64,000 nt of DNA from an uncultured Nitrososphaeraceae archaeon (GCA_963729045.1 CAVSMN010000011.1:96001-160000), one strand, 5' to 3'. Positions 10,127 through 20,020 are shown, counted from the first letter of the stretch. The notes: generated by a model from the letters alone, not told the origin. Made by a program: numbers and translations.

Positions 10127-11050
10127 ATGGATAATGAACATATTTTTTATTTGCTGGGATCAAAATTTCCTGAATTGGATTCTATCTTAATAGGGTGTCA
10201 TGCCGATAATGGAATAATCCCCCATGAATGTTGCGAATATGATCTTATATCATTGTATGATAATAATACACAATTTCATCACGATTTGGCATCTAAGCAG
10301 AAATCTAATATGTTATACAATAATAACAGGGTTTATGAGGTTTTAATTTTATCTGTACAAGAATTTATCAAAAATCCCAATATCAATTATTCCAAGTTTG
10401 TTAGGTTTCCGGGTCAAGCTTTGAAATCCAATATTGTTGACTACTTTATAGAGAAATGTGATAACTATCATAAATCGTTCAACTTCAAGATGAAAACTAA
10501 TATTATCAAAAATATTTGCGAAATCACAAATTTGCATAATTTACTTTCTAGGGAAATTGTAGATGAAAGATTCATTTCATTCCAATTAAAAATGGTTTCA
10601 CTTAAAACCCTAAAGATTCTTATTCAGTTTTACCTGAATTCAGAAGATAGACCATCTCATCTTAAATATCAGATAAACCTTGTTAAGCAAAACGAGAATT
10701 TGAAAACCAGGGAACAGGTCGATCTTCTATTAGAATATATTGGAACTAATCGAGCAAACATATCATCTTTGACCAGAAGTGAAAAATCATTAAGGTTTCT
10801 GATTAGATGTGAAGACATCTCAAAGAATAGTATACTGTTTAATAAGTTAGATTTTTTTAAGCAAAAATCAATGTACGTGGATGGCGTTCTACTAATTAGT
10901 AATTTTATTCTAGATCGCGTACATGACAATCAATTCATTCAAAAATACAACAAGCTATTAAATCACATTACTGACATCCAAACTAAAGAAAAAATAACGA
11001 TGTTAAAGGAAGTAAACTTACTATTAGAAATTAATAAAAATCTAATCTAA
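10127..11050 (+). CDS. Conserved-type thaumarchaeal protein with a nucleotidyltransferase-like N-terminus and helical C-terminus
   Basis: 'ILIGCHADNG...CCEYDLISL' resembles the hG[S]x..DxDh motif of Pol-beta-like NTases. Confidence 0.6.
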   Translation: MDNEHIFYLLGSKFPELDSILIGCHADNGIIPHECCEYDLISLYDNNTQFHHDLASKQKSNMLYNNNRVYEVLILSVQEFIKNPNINYSKFVRFPGQALKSNIVDYFIEKCDNYHKSFNFKMKTNIIKNICEITNLHNLLSREIVDERFISFQLKMVSLKTLKILIQFYLNSEDRPSHLKYQINLVKQNENLKTREQVDLLLEYIGTNRANISSLTRSEKSLRFLIRCEDISKNSILFNKLDFFKQKSMYVDGVLLISNFILDRVHDNQFIQKYNKLLNHITDIQTKEKITMLKEVNLLLEINKNLI

Positions 11051-11055
11051 AGTAA

Positions 11056-11295
11056 TTATTGAATCACTATCGCTTGTTCTAGTGGTTCAACTGTTTTGTT
11101 TCTTGCCCTCAATTTTGCTTTATATTTTAAGTTTCTTGGTTTAGTTCTTAGCCTATATCCACAGCATGGACACCATAAACCATCCCATTTTATGAAAATT
11201 TCACAAATTTGACATCGCTTTTGACCGCTTGCGTAACGGCCCGATCCCACCGGCTTTTGAGCTTTATGTCTGATACAAATACCTTTACAAGTCAT
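11056..11295 (-). CDS. Small basic zinc-finger protein
   Basis: MTCKGICIRH...KRCQICEIF...WCPCCGYRLR; ATG at 11295. Confidence 0.85.
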   Translation of the reverse strand: MTCKGICIRHKAQKPVGSGRYASGQKRCQICEIFIKWDGLWCPCCGYRLRTKPRNLKYKAKLRARNKTVEPLEQAIVIQ

Positions 11296-11389
11296 ACTTG
11301 AAAACCATATCAATGTCGGCGATCTAACTTATAAACTTATATAAGCTTCAATAGATATTTATAACTAAATAAAAAATGGAGTTGGTAGT

Positions 11390-11647
11390 CTAACTCGTCA
11401 CTGTTATATTCTTTGGTTGAAATAGCTCATGCATCGTCATGTATTCATCTAGTTTCATTCTAATGTCATCCTCTGTCGTGTCATCCATGCCAGAAAACCC
11501 TGCTTTAAAACTAATTTTATTTCCTGAAACGTTTACATCTGAAACCTCCATATCTGCATAAACATTCCCCATTTCATTAACCCATTCTTGTACTTCGTTT
11601 TTGTCAAATCCCTCTGCTTCTATATTCACATTAAACATCTTGGTCAC
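11390..11647 (-). CDS. Small acidic hypothetical protein
   Basis: 85-aa ORF with GTG start and alpha/beta pattern. Confidence 0.8.
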   Translation of the reverse strand: MTKMFNVNIEAEGFDKNEVQEWVNEMGNVYADMEVSDVNVSGNKISFKAGFSGMDDTTEDDIRMKLDEYMTMHELFQPKNITVTS

Positions 11648-11726
11648 ATTATACCACTGCTTTTTTTTTATTTAGGATATTAATAAAGATGACGTAATTT
11701 AATGCCTTTAGGAGAATGATTTATCT

Positions 11727-11837
11727 TCATTTCTCTTCCTGGAATCCCCAATATTTCATCAAGTCTTTTGTAAACTTTGAGGCTTGTTCTTCACTCAGAG
11801 GGTCGCCGCAATTTTTGCAAGAAGGGACGACCTTCAT
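11727..11837 (-). CDS. 36-aa CxxC microprotein (not in ORF track)
   Basis: Translated by hand: MKVVPSCKNCGDPLSEEQASKFTKDLMKYWGFQEEK*; co-oriented with the two downstream small genes. Confidence 0.6.
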   Translation of the reverse strand: MKVVPSCKNCGDPLSEEQASKFTKDLMKYWGFQEEK

Positions 11838-11993
11838 ACCGTATAATTTAAAATCCACATCATAAAAGTGAATTTTTGCGCAATTACACATTTATAGGTT
11901 TATACATTTGATTTGCTAATTTATCTCTTCTTACTTCATCTATTGGATACTGAACATGTAGTAAACATTTAAAGAGCAAATAGCCATAATTAT

Positions 11994-13064
11994 ATGATAC
12001 AAATGAATAGAAAAAAAACGGTAAATAAAATAACAGTATTTTTTCTAATAGGTATGCTAGGGGCATCAGCTTTGCAAGTTAATCAACTAGTTGGTATGGC
12101 TTTTGCTCAATCAGAAAACTGGTATGTAGGCAAAGGTGTAAAGCCAGATACTTATTATACTTATGAAATTAAAAATGCGGATACTAATCAAGGACAGCCT
12201 TTTACAATTACTATTTATTTCAAAGAATATAATGAAACAGGAAAATATTGGGTAGCACCAACTTTTGTAGTTGATCAAGGTAAAGTAATCAATGGTACAA
12301 TGCACCTCAGTGATTTGGATCTTACTGCATTAGGATCTTCACCTATTCCTGATGATATGATCCCATATCGTAGTGCTTATGCAACAACATTAACATGGCT
12401 ATCAGCGTTTGTACCAAAGCCTGGGCAGTCATTGAGCTCGCCATCTTGGGGTAAAATAGCTGCAATAGGTGGGTCAGAGATAAAGCCATCAGGTGGTGCA
12501 AAAATTACAACCCCAGCAGGGGCATTTGATACGACTGACATATCTTACCACAAGGGTGTTGATAATCATATTTATCCAAATAAAGACATGCCTTATCCGG
12601 TAAAAGCGGATACATTTGCAGATGTTACAACCGGGAAACCACCAATACAATATGCCTATGAATTGAAAGCGACTGGAAAAGGCCAACCACCCACCCCAGA
12701 AAGCCAAATTGAAATTCCTGTACCACCATTGACTCTTCAGACACCCAGAGGAACCTATAATGTTCAGCTATTATGGGAACCAGTTGAAATAAAAGCAGGT
12801 AATAACACGGATTTTGGTGTAATATTTACCGATGATAAGAACAATATCGTCCAAAGAGTAACATATGGTTATAAAGTATTGGATGAGAATAAGACAGTTG
12901 TAGACGAATTCAAGAATCAAAGAGCAAATGAGGGGACCGGCCAATTTACATATAAATTTGACACACCAGGAGAGAAGTACCTCCAGATCGTAGTGGAAAC
13001 TGCAAATGGAGAGGATCTGGGAATGTTTGTTGAGTCTGCTACTTTTGGCCTCGTAGCTCAATAA
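11994..13064 (+). CDS. Secreted/surface protein
   Basis: Signal peptide ending AFAQ; two beta-rich domains joined by a Pro-rich linker. Confidence 0.85.
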   Translation: MIQMNRKKTVNKITVFFLIGMLGASALQVNQLVGMAFAQSENWYVGKGVKPDTYYTYEIKNADTNQGQPFTITIYFKEYNETGKYWVAPTFVVDQGKVINGTMHLSDLDLTALGSSPIPDDMIPYRSAYATTLTWLSAFVPKPGQSLSSPSWGKIAAIGGSEIKPSGGAKITTPAGAFDTTDISYHKGVDNHIYPNKDMPYPVKADTFADVTTGKPPIQYAYELKATGKGQPPTPESQIEIPVPPLTLQTPRGTYNVQLLWEPVEIKAGNNTDFGVIFTDDKNNIVQRVTYGYKVLDENKTVVDEFKNQRANEGTGQFTYKFDTPGEKYLQIVVETANGEDLGMFVESATFGLVAQ

Positions 13065-13074
13065 ACTAAATTTT

Positions 13075-13596
13075 TTAGCTAGATAATTTTCCGCCTTTAT
13101 TTTTGACTCTCTCGTAATAAACGTTAGATAATAACCAATTACCAAATCTCTGAATATCATTGTCTATTTTGGTCCAGAGATGAAAAGAACCCGGTAATAG
13201 ATCTATGCGCGAATTATTTGATTCGGAATTTTTAAAATTTATTTTCAGTCCTTCTTTTCCCTCATACATATAAGCATCAATTATTTGGATATTGCCTGCT
13301 AATCCCTTAGTTGCCTGAAGTTTTATTTGATCTCGCCCAATAGGAAAAGTTTTTCTAAATTTATCAAATATGAAACTCATGTTTTCAGTCCCATAACTTT
13401 GAAAGTCACCTATTTTCCTACGATCTGGAAAATGAATTTCCATGACTAGTCCATATCTTAACCCGACGAATTTGGATAATTCGTTTAACTTATAGTATGC
13501 AAGGGTAGGGTTCTGAATAACATTTTTCTGAAAAAAACCCATGTTAGCGTCGATATTATTCTTTAATTCACGCAAAAGGTTAGTAAATTCCTCCAC
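13075..13596 (-). CDS. Hypothetical protein
   Basis: 173-aa ORF with GTG start. Confidence 0.75.
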   Translation of the reverse strand: MEEFTNLLRELKNNIDANMGFFQKNVIQNPTLAYYKLNELSKFVGLRYGLVMEIHFPDRRKIGDFQSYGTENMSFIFDKFRKTFPIGRDQIKLQATKGLAGNIQIIDAYMYEGKEGLKINFKNSESNNSRIDLLPGSFHLWTKIDNDIQRFGNWLLSNVYYERVKNKGGKLSS

Positions 13597-13653
13597 AAGT
13601 ATGTTGAAATTAAAGTTTAATAAATAAGTTAATTGATTAAGTTATACCTTATA

Positions 13654-14274
13654 ATGTTTGCGTCCGACAGAGATTCTGAACGAGCCACTAGTATAGAAGA
13701 TTACCAGAATACATGCACTGAGTTCATTCAAGATATAAGTAAAGACTATCGGGATTGGGTAGAAAGATATCAGCTTCCAAAAGATGAGCGGGATCAAAGA
13801 AATAAGGAGATTGAAGATATCGTAACAAAAACAAACGATTGGATATTCAAGTTTGGGAACACGATAAAAAAGATTGACATAATTATGAATGACGGGATCA
13901 ACAAGATGGCTGAAACTACTGCAGGATATCCATTTCAGATAGATGTATCTAGTAGTAATCAAAAAAGATATATAATTCATGAGAAGAAGTCAATAAAACT
14001 TAATCTGAGGTCTTTTCCGCGTCAACAAAGACAGGTTAGAGTTTGTAATTATGACAAGGATAATATTTTTTTATTATCATCTAGTAGTAAAACAGATGTG
14101 AAATACAGCAAGACTAGTTTTGATTCATCGGATCTGCTCGATGAATTTATCGTAATTAACCCAAATCAATTCGATAATGAAGAAGTTATTTCAATAACCA
14201 TCAAAGTTGAGGAACTAGAAAATGAGGTTGTTAAAGAAAGTCGTGGTTATACTACACTCTTAATAACAAGATAA
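13654..14274 (+). CDS. Hypothetical protein (helical N-terminus, beta-rich C-terminus)
   Basis: Long ORF; likely ATG at 13654. Confidence 0.75.
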   Translation: MFASDRDSERATSIEDYQNTCTEFIQDISKDYRDWVERYQLPKDERDQRNKEIEDIVTKTNDWIFKFGNTIKKIDIIMNDGINKMAETTAGYPFQIDVSSSNQKRYIIHEKKSIKLNLRSFPRQQRQVRVCNYDKDNIFLLSSSSKTDVKYSKTSFDSSDLLDEFIVINPNQFDNEEVISITIKVEELENEVVKESRGYTTLLITR

Positions 14275-14288
14275 AAACAGTTAGATCA

Positions 14289-15128
14289 CTAAGAACCTAT
14301 CTTTAAGTTCTTTGCACAAATACCCCGTAGACATTCGATTGCTGATAAGATGGCCAAATAACTAGTTTTAGGGTTGTCAGGGCTGGGCATGTTATCAACC
14401 TTGATTTGGAAACTTCCAAATTTCCACTTGACCTGAATCTCGTGCTGATTGTTTATTATTTTCGGATCTACTACTATTTTGACCCTAGTTTTTTCAAACC
14501 CTATTCCTGCTAAACTAACCAATGCGGATATGTTAACATTTGAAGGAAATTCCTTGATCGCATCAATAGCGTTACCATCAAAAATAACTTTCTTTTCTTT
14601 GATGATATCGATATCGATATCGTTATTGTAAAAATATGGAGCACCTTTTAACGATTTGTTGCTTTTTGTGGTTACGATGGTAACTTCATCTATGTAGTTT
14701 TTCACACTACGAATAATATCAGCCCCACCAATCGCCCCTGATGGAAGAAAAACATTGTTATCATTATCGGACATTAACTGAATAATGGTTTTATAAAATG
14801 CAGGATCAGAAAAGGCTCCAATACTCATTATCATAATGTCCTTTCCTTGTTTCAATATGGTAGCCATATACGTTTGAGCTGCTTTGACAGACGCGGCCTC
14901 AATGACCAGATTGACATTGTGATAGTCATTTGATGCAACTAGTTCATTAAAATCATCAAATATACTAGACGGTTTGGTCTGTAAATCCTTATGTAATGAC
15001 GCTAGCTTTAGGGGATCTATATCGAATAAGATAGATAATTCACAGTTTGGGATTTTCTTAGCGTCAATACTAAGTGCTATTTCACGCCCGATTGCTCCGC
15101 AACCTATTATCGCAACTTTTACATCCAA
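14289..15128 (-). CDS. nadX: L-aspartate dehydrogenase
   Basis: GCGAIG Rossmann motif, 'IEAAS', 'PSGAIGG', 'FPSNVN', 'NPKTSYLA'. Confidence 0.93.
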   Translation of the reverse strand: MDVKVAIIGCGAIGREIALSIDAKKIPNCELSILFDIDPLKLASLHKDLQTKPSSIFDDFNELVASNDYHNVNLVIEAASVKAAQTYMATILKQGKDIMIMSIGAFSDPAFYKTIIQLMSDNDNNVFLPSGAIGGADIIRSVKNYIDEVTIVTTKSNKSLKGAPYFYNNDIDIDIIKEKKVIFDGNAIDAIKEFPSNVNISALVSLAGIGFEKTRVKIVVDPKIINNQHEIQVKWKFGSFQIKVDNMPSPDNPKTSYLAILSAIECLRGICAKNLKIGS

Positions 15129-15165
15129 CTTTCATTTATGATAAAAAAAAATCACTTATAATCAT

Positions 15166-15798
15166 TTATCTTCTAGTTTGCGCCTTTTGAAGCCCCTTTA
15201 GGTATTTATCTAAACCGACTTGTTCCAATTTTGTATTCTTTAATTTGACCTCTTCTCTCATTTTCTCCTTGAATTGATTCAACTTCTTAAGTAAATACGG
15301 TCGAGAAATTGAGAGGATTGAACATGCTAAAAGGCCAGCATTCTTTGCTCCATTAATTGCTACTGTCGCAACAGGCACACCGGGAGGCATTTGGATTATG
15401 GAATAGAGCGAATCGATACCATTAAGAGGATTGGTCGAACTGTTGATAGGCACTCCGATCACGGGTATAGGTGTCATTGAGGCAACCATGCCTGGTAGGT
15501 GTGCAGATCCCCCTGCACCACTAATTATGACCTTGATACCACGTGATTGAGCAGTTTGAGAATATTCAGCCAATTCAATTGGCGTTCTATGTGCAGAGAC
15601 TATCTTTACTTCGTATGAGATTTCAAACTCATTCAGTACTCTAGCAGCCTCCTTCATTATTGGCAAATCTGAATCACTACCCATAATTATACCAACTATC
15701 GGTGAGACGGTTTTTTTCAAACCCGCTGGTTCACTGAGCTCCGGTTGGCCCTCCGACTTTTTCTTGCTATTATTATTAATTGGATTAGATTTCGCCAA
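15166..15798 (-). CDS. purE: N5-carboxyaminoimidazole ribonucleotide mutase
   Basis: 'GIIMGSDSD', 'SAHRTP', '[12 protein letters not shown]', '[11 protein letters not shown]'. Confidence 0.96.
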   Translation of the reverse strand: MAKSNPINNNSKKKSEGQPELSEPAGLKKTVSPIVGIIMGSDSDLPIMKEAARVLNEFEISYEVKIVSAHRTPIELAEYSQTAQSRGIKVIISGAGGSAHLPGMVASMTPIPVIGVPINSSTNPLNGIDSLYSIIQMPPGVPVATVAINGAKNAGLLACSILSISRPYLLKKLNQFKEKMREEVKLKNTKLEQVGLDKYLKGLQKAQTRR

Positions 15799-15843
15799 AG
15801 AATATACATGATCTTCAAACTAGTAGAATTTGAATTTTTAGAT

Positions 15844-17019
15844 CTATGACGATGGTTCTTGGACTTTGAGAAGATCTTCTACGTTGTATTTAGTTAAGAT
15901 GGGATCCGAGTTATTTGATACGATAGTTACATGACCGAGTTTTCTACGTGGTTTCGTTTCCAGTTTACCATATATATGAATTTTAACTCCCGGAATACCA
16001 AACAATTCATCAATCCCCGTAATTTCATAGGGACCAGTATAATTGTTCGGCCCAAGAATATTAATCATTACAGCATTTGATAGTAATATGGGCTGGAGAA
16101 GCGGATAATTGAGGATTGCCCTAATATGTTGCTCAAATTGAGAAATTGAACAGGCTTCAATAGAATAATGGCCGGAATTATGAGGTCTTGGAGCTATTTC
16201 GTTTATCAATACATTGTCATCCTCATCAACGAACATTTCTATTCCAAAAATGCCAGATCCCTTTAGAGATTTCATAGTCTTTATTGCCAAATCTATCGCT
16301 TTTCCTTCAGTCTCTTTACTGATTCTGGCAGGAATTATAGAAGTTTTCAAAATATGATCCTCATGAATATTTTCTGCTATGGGAAAGTACGAAATAGTGC
16401 CCGATGAATTTCTGGCGACCATAATGGAAATTTCTTTTTTAAAATTCACAAACTTTTCTACCATTATTTGACGGCCTGAAAAGTAGGCTAAGGCTTTGCC
16501 TATTTCAATTTCTGATCTAATCAAGTAATTTCCGCGACCGTCGTATGAATCTTCACATGCTTTTAATAGTACAGGAAACCCTGAATTAGAACAATAGTCC
16601 ATCAATTGTTCTTTGCTAGAAACTAGTTCAAAGTCGGGGACTGTAATCATGTTTTCTCTCAAAAATTTTTTTTGACGGTACTTATTTTGAATGATGGAGA
16701 GGGTTTTTGGTGAGGGATGTACCACGAATCCTGATTCTTCAAGATTATTAAGGGCAGTGGCATTTGCTAATTCGATTTCAAAAGTGATAATATCGACCTC
16801 CTTTGATAAATCATATATTTTTTGTTCGTCAGAGAAGTCACCAATGATTAGTTTATCTGCGAGACTTGAAGCAGGACAATCCTTGTTGGGATCTAATATT
16901 ATTACCTTCATAAACATGCGTTTTGCCTCAAAAGCCATCATCTTTCCAAGTTGTCCCCCCCCAACAATACCCAATCTGATTGGTTTATTAATTGAAAACT
17001 TTTCTTTGAATAATGTCAA
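15844..17019 (-). CDS. purK: N5-carboxyaminoimidazole ribonucleotide synthase
   Basis: 'GGGQLGKM', 'YDGRGN', 'NEIAPRPHNSGH', 'RKLGHV'; adjacent to purE. Confidence 0.96.
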   Translation of the reverse strand: MTLFKEKFSINKPIRLGIVGGGQLGKMMAFEAKRMFMKVIILDPNKDCPASSLADKLIIGDFSDEQKIYDLSKEVDIITFEIELANATALNNLEESGFVVHPSPKTLSIIQNKYRQKKFLRENMITVPDFELVSSKEQLMDYCSNSGFPVLLKACEDSYDGRGNYLIRSEIEIGKALAYFSGRQIMVEKFVNFKKEISIMVARNSSGTISYFPIAENIHEDHILKTSIIPARISKETEGKAIDLAIKTMKSLKGSGIFGIEMFVDEDDNVLINEIAPRPHNSGHYSIEACSISQFEQHIRAILNYPLLQPILLSNAVMINILGPNNYTGPYEITGIDELFGIPGVKIHIYGKLETKPRRKLGHVTIVSNNSDPILTKYNVEDLLKVQEPSS

Positions 17020-17082
17020 CTAACTTACCTAGTAAAATTACCTACCAAATTTGATATAGACATAACTACCCCAAATTTCGAT

Positions 17083-17481
17083 TTACTTCACAAATATTTT
17101 TATAGCTTGTGGAGGACAGACATTTTCGCACGCCAAACAAAAAATACAATCCTTTTCTCTAATCATAAATGGTTTCCTCTCGGAAGCCGGATGTCCTGGC
17201 GTATCAAGCCATTCATAAACATTCACTGGGCATGCATCAATACAGGCACCATCTGAAATACAAATGTCAAAATCAACGCACACATCCGTGCCCCAAATCC
17301 CGAGTTGTCCAGGTGCATCGTATGGACCCCATACTTGGATTCCTTGAAACTTTCCTGCAGGTTGTCTCTTTGATTTAAAGCCAGTATCTATTGGTCCTTC
17401 TGCTGTCTGGTAGTCTGTTCCAGTGCCTGTAAGTTGAATTGTGGTATTTTCGGAAAGTTTTGTTGCTTTAGATGCTGGCAT
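17083..17481 (-). CDS. Zfx-type dicluster (7Fe-like) ferredoxin lacking Zn ligands
   Basis: CISDGAC..ACP and CIFCLAC..VCP motifs, with an N-terminal extension resembling Sulfolobus zinc ferredoxin. Confidence 0.9.
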   Translation of the reverse strand: MPASKATKLSENTTIQLTGTGTDYQTAEGPIDTGFKSKRQPAGKFQGIQVWGPYDAPGQLGIWGTDVCVDFDICISDGACIDACPVNVYEWLDTPGHPASERKPFMIREKDCIFCLACENVCPPQAIKIFVK

Positions 17482-17509
17482 AGGAGATGGTACAGCAACT
17501 GCTTGATTT

Positions 17510-18118
17510 TCAATTAGATTCTCGCCTGAGGGTTTTCCCGTTCGTTGTTACAGATGGGTTTACTAATGATTTCTTCTCTTCCTTAAGATTCTTTAAAGCG
17601 TTTGCTAAAGGAGTGATAGATTCTAATTTTTTTATTGATTCGGCTTGGCTCAATTTCTGGATTTTCTGGTAGTAAGTAATTAGTTTTTGTCCTATCTTGG
17701 TATTTCGAATGATATTATCTATAATTATTTTAGCATTATGATCAGCCTTTTGTCTATAATTTCGAATCCAATAAAAGTCACCAAATGTCTCTAGAGGCTT
17801 TATCTGATAAATTATGTCCAACACCTCCCCTATCACTATTTCAACTGTTACGTTTAGTTCTGCAGATTGTTCTGAATTTGTGTATATATCAAAACCTTTT
17901 TCAATCCATTTAAAAGTGACAAAAATTCTGTCAGCATAAGTATCGAGAACATATCCATGAGGCTTGAGTTCACTCATAATTCCATTAACCTCCGACTGTC
18001 CAACTATGTCTACAGGCAATCTATATATTCCGAGTTTAGCACTATGAGTTGGATAAATACCTCGTTTTGCAACTTCAGAAAGCATTACCCAAACTTTATC
18101 TGATAGCAAGAGAGACAT
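17510..18118 (-). CDS. Hypothetical protein
   Basis: 202-aa ORF, ATG start. Confidence 0.8.
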   Translation of the reverse strand: MSLLLSDKVWVMLSEVAKRGIYPTHSAKLGIYRLPVDIVGQSEVNGIMSELKPHGYVLDTYADRIFVTFKWIEKGFDIYTNSEQSAELNVTVEIVIGEVLDIIYQIKPLETFGDFYWIRNYRQKADHNAKIIIDNIIRNTKIGQKLITYYQKIQKLSQAESIKKLESITPLANALKNLKEEKKSLVNPSVTTNGKTLRRESN

Positions 18119-18177
18119 TGAATATAAATACTTTTAATTGAGGTTATTAAAACTTATGTATACTCAAATAAACTAGT

Positions 18178-18507
18178 CTACAGTTCGTCCGGACAAGTCA
18201 TTTCTCTTATTTCATTATATTTTTTTTCCATCTTTTCCCCAATGGTAGTAACGAACTCTAAATCATATTCGGATTTAGGATAAAACCAGCGCTTTACAAC
18301 CTTGTGGCCAGTCCCTTCCATATCATAAATCATACCTCTTTCAGATATCACTTTACTTTTTTCATCAATTATTGTATCTTTAACTTCTAAACCACGCTTG
18401 GTCTTGTCTATCAATATTAGAAATTGAGAATCTTCAAAAATAAAATAGAACTTCCCTTTCTTAATCAATTCAGGTTCAGGTTTCGAAATAGTATTTTCTC
18501 CAGACAT
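18178..18507 (-). CDS. Hypothetical protein, likely co-transcribed with the sulfurtransferase
   Basis: ATG at 18507, 16 nt after the rhodanese stop; C-terminal 'MTCPDEL'. Confidence 0.8.
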   Translation of the reverse strand: MSGENTISKPEPELIKKGKFYFIFEDSQFLILIDKTKRGLEVKDTIIDEKSKVISERGMIYDMEGTGHKVVKRWFYPKSEYDLEFVTTIGEKMEKKYNEIREMTCPDEL

Positions 18508-18523
18508 CAAATATTTAACCCAT

Positions 18524-19372
18524 TTATTTTTCAATTGGATTTCCGATCATATTTCCCCATTCCGTCCAAGAACCATCATAGTTTCTGACTGAAGGATACC
18601 CCAATAAATATTTCAGTACAAACCATGTATGCGATGATCGTTCCCCAATCCTGCAGTAGCAAATTATGTGTTTATCAGGCGTAATACCTTGCTTGGCGTA
18701 TAAACTCTCCAAATCTTCTGCGGATTTAAATGTCCCATCATCGTTAATAGCCTGAAGCCACGGTATATTTTTAGCGCCTGGGATATGTCCACCTCTCTGA
18801 GCATGCTCCATTGGATATTCTGGTGGGGATGTTATCTCCCCGCTAAATTCTTTTACAGACCTAACGTCGACTAATCCAACCTCCGCTTTCCTAAATGAAC
18901 GCTTTACATCATCTAAATAAGCCCGTACGCCTTCATCAGGAGGAGCTGCTACATAATTGGAAGGATTTGGAGTGGGTTCATCCTTAGTATAAGGTCGATT
19001 TTCATTTTCCCATTTTTTTCTTCCCCCATTCATTATTCTAATTTTTTTATGACCAAAATACTTAAACACCCAGAATGCAAATGCAGCGAACCAGTTGTTA
19101 AAATCTCCGTATAGGATTAATTCATCATCCGGCCTTACTCCTAGACGTGACATTAAATCCTCGAATTGGAGCTTATTAATAATATCTCGAGTTGATGAAT
19201 CATTAATATCCCTTTTCCACCACACCATGTAAGAATTTGGCAAGTGGCCCTCTTTGTAGGCATTTTCCACGTCGTAATCAACTTCTAAAATTTTTATCTT
19301 ATCATTATTCAGATTATTGTTAACCCAATCGGTCTCGCAAAGGACATCTTGATTGGCATATTGTTTGGTCAT
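18524..19372 (-). CDS. Thiosulfate sulfurtransferase (tandem rhodanese, CysA/SseA type)
   Basis: 'YKEGHLP', 'GGHIPGA', active-site 'YCRIGERS', 'YDGSWTEWGN'. Confidence 0.95.
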   Translation of the reverse strand: MTKQYANQDVLCETDWVNNNLNNDKIKILEVDYDVENAYKEGHLPNSYMVWWKRDINDSSTRDIINKLQFEDLMSRLGVRPDDELILYGDFNNWFAAFAFWVFKYFGHKKIRIMNGGRKKWENENRPYTKDEPTPNPSNYVAAPPDEGVRAYLDDVKRSFRKAEVGLVDVRSVKEFSGEITSPPEYPMEHAQRGGHIPGAKNIPWLQAINDDGTFKSAEDLESLYAKQGITPDKHIICYCRIGERSSHTWFVLKYLLGYPSVRNYDGSWTEWGNMIGNPIEK

Positions 19373-19491
19373 GAATAAATTAGGAAGGTAAACTATATAA
19401 TATATTTGTCTTTCAAAAAGGGGGTTATGAAGACAATATTAAAAACAATAAAATAGTACGAGAAAATATGTTTGAGTGAAACAGCCTAAAT

Positions 19492-19583
19492 GGGCCGGTA
19501 GTTTAGTCTGGTAGAATACCTGCCTTGCATGCAATCAGCAGAGGATACGTAGGTGGTCGTGGGTTCAAATCCCACCCGGTCCA
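19492..19583 (+). tRNA. tRNA-Ala(TGC) with an 18-nt intron (19529-19546); CCA not encoded
   Basis: Acceptor GGGCCGG/CCGGTCC with G3:U70; anticodon stem CCTGC/GTAGG; anticodon TGC at 19526-19528; T arm GTGGG-TTCAAAT-CCCAC; discriminator A. Confidence 0.95.
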
Positions 19584-19798
19584 CGTCTATATAGGTCTTT
19601 AAATTGGATTCCATTTTTTATATGTTATATATTATGACCATTGAACCAACAAAAGCAAACATCGATCCTTTTTCTACATCAAATTCTATTTTAAGTAACT
19701 GATTTTAACGACATTGACATAATTAATCAATATTTAGACATGAATACAGACCTCCGGCCCGGGTCAAACTTGAATATCTATAATATTAACAATGCTGT

Positions 19799-20020
19799 TC
19801 AGTAACGCTTAATGACTGATTCTTTGTACTTTTGTTTGACGCCATTTCCTCTAAACGATCTTAATCTTAATTTGTAATTGCAGCAAGGGCAGGTACTTTT
19901 ATCCCATGAAATAAAGATCTCGCATATAGTACATCTTTTCTGTTTATCGTGTTCATATCTTAAGGATTCATTAGAGCTTCTTTTTGCTTTGTATCTTACA
20001 CATATGCCATTACAACTCAT
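19799..20020 (-). CDS. Small basic zinc-finger protein, paralogue of 11056-11295
   Basis: MSCNGICVRYKA...KRCTICEIFISW...CPCCNYKLR. Confidence 0.8.
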   Translation of the reverse strand: MSCNGICVRYKAKRSSNESLRYEHDKQKRCTICEIFISWDKSTCPCCNYKLRLRSFRGNGVKQKYKESVIKRY

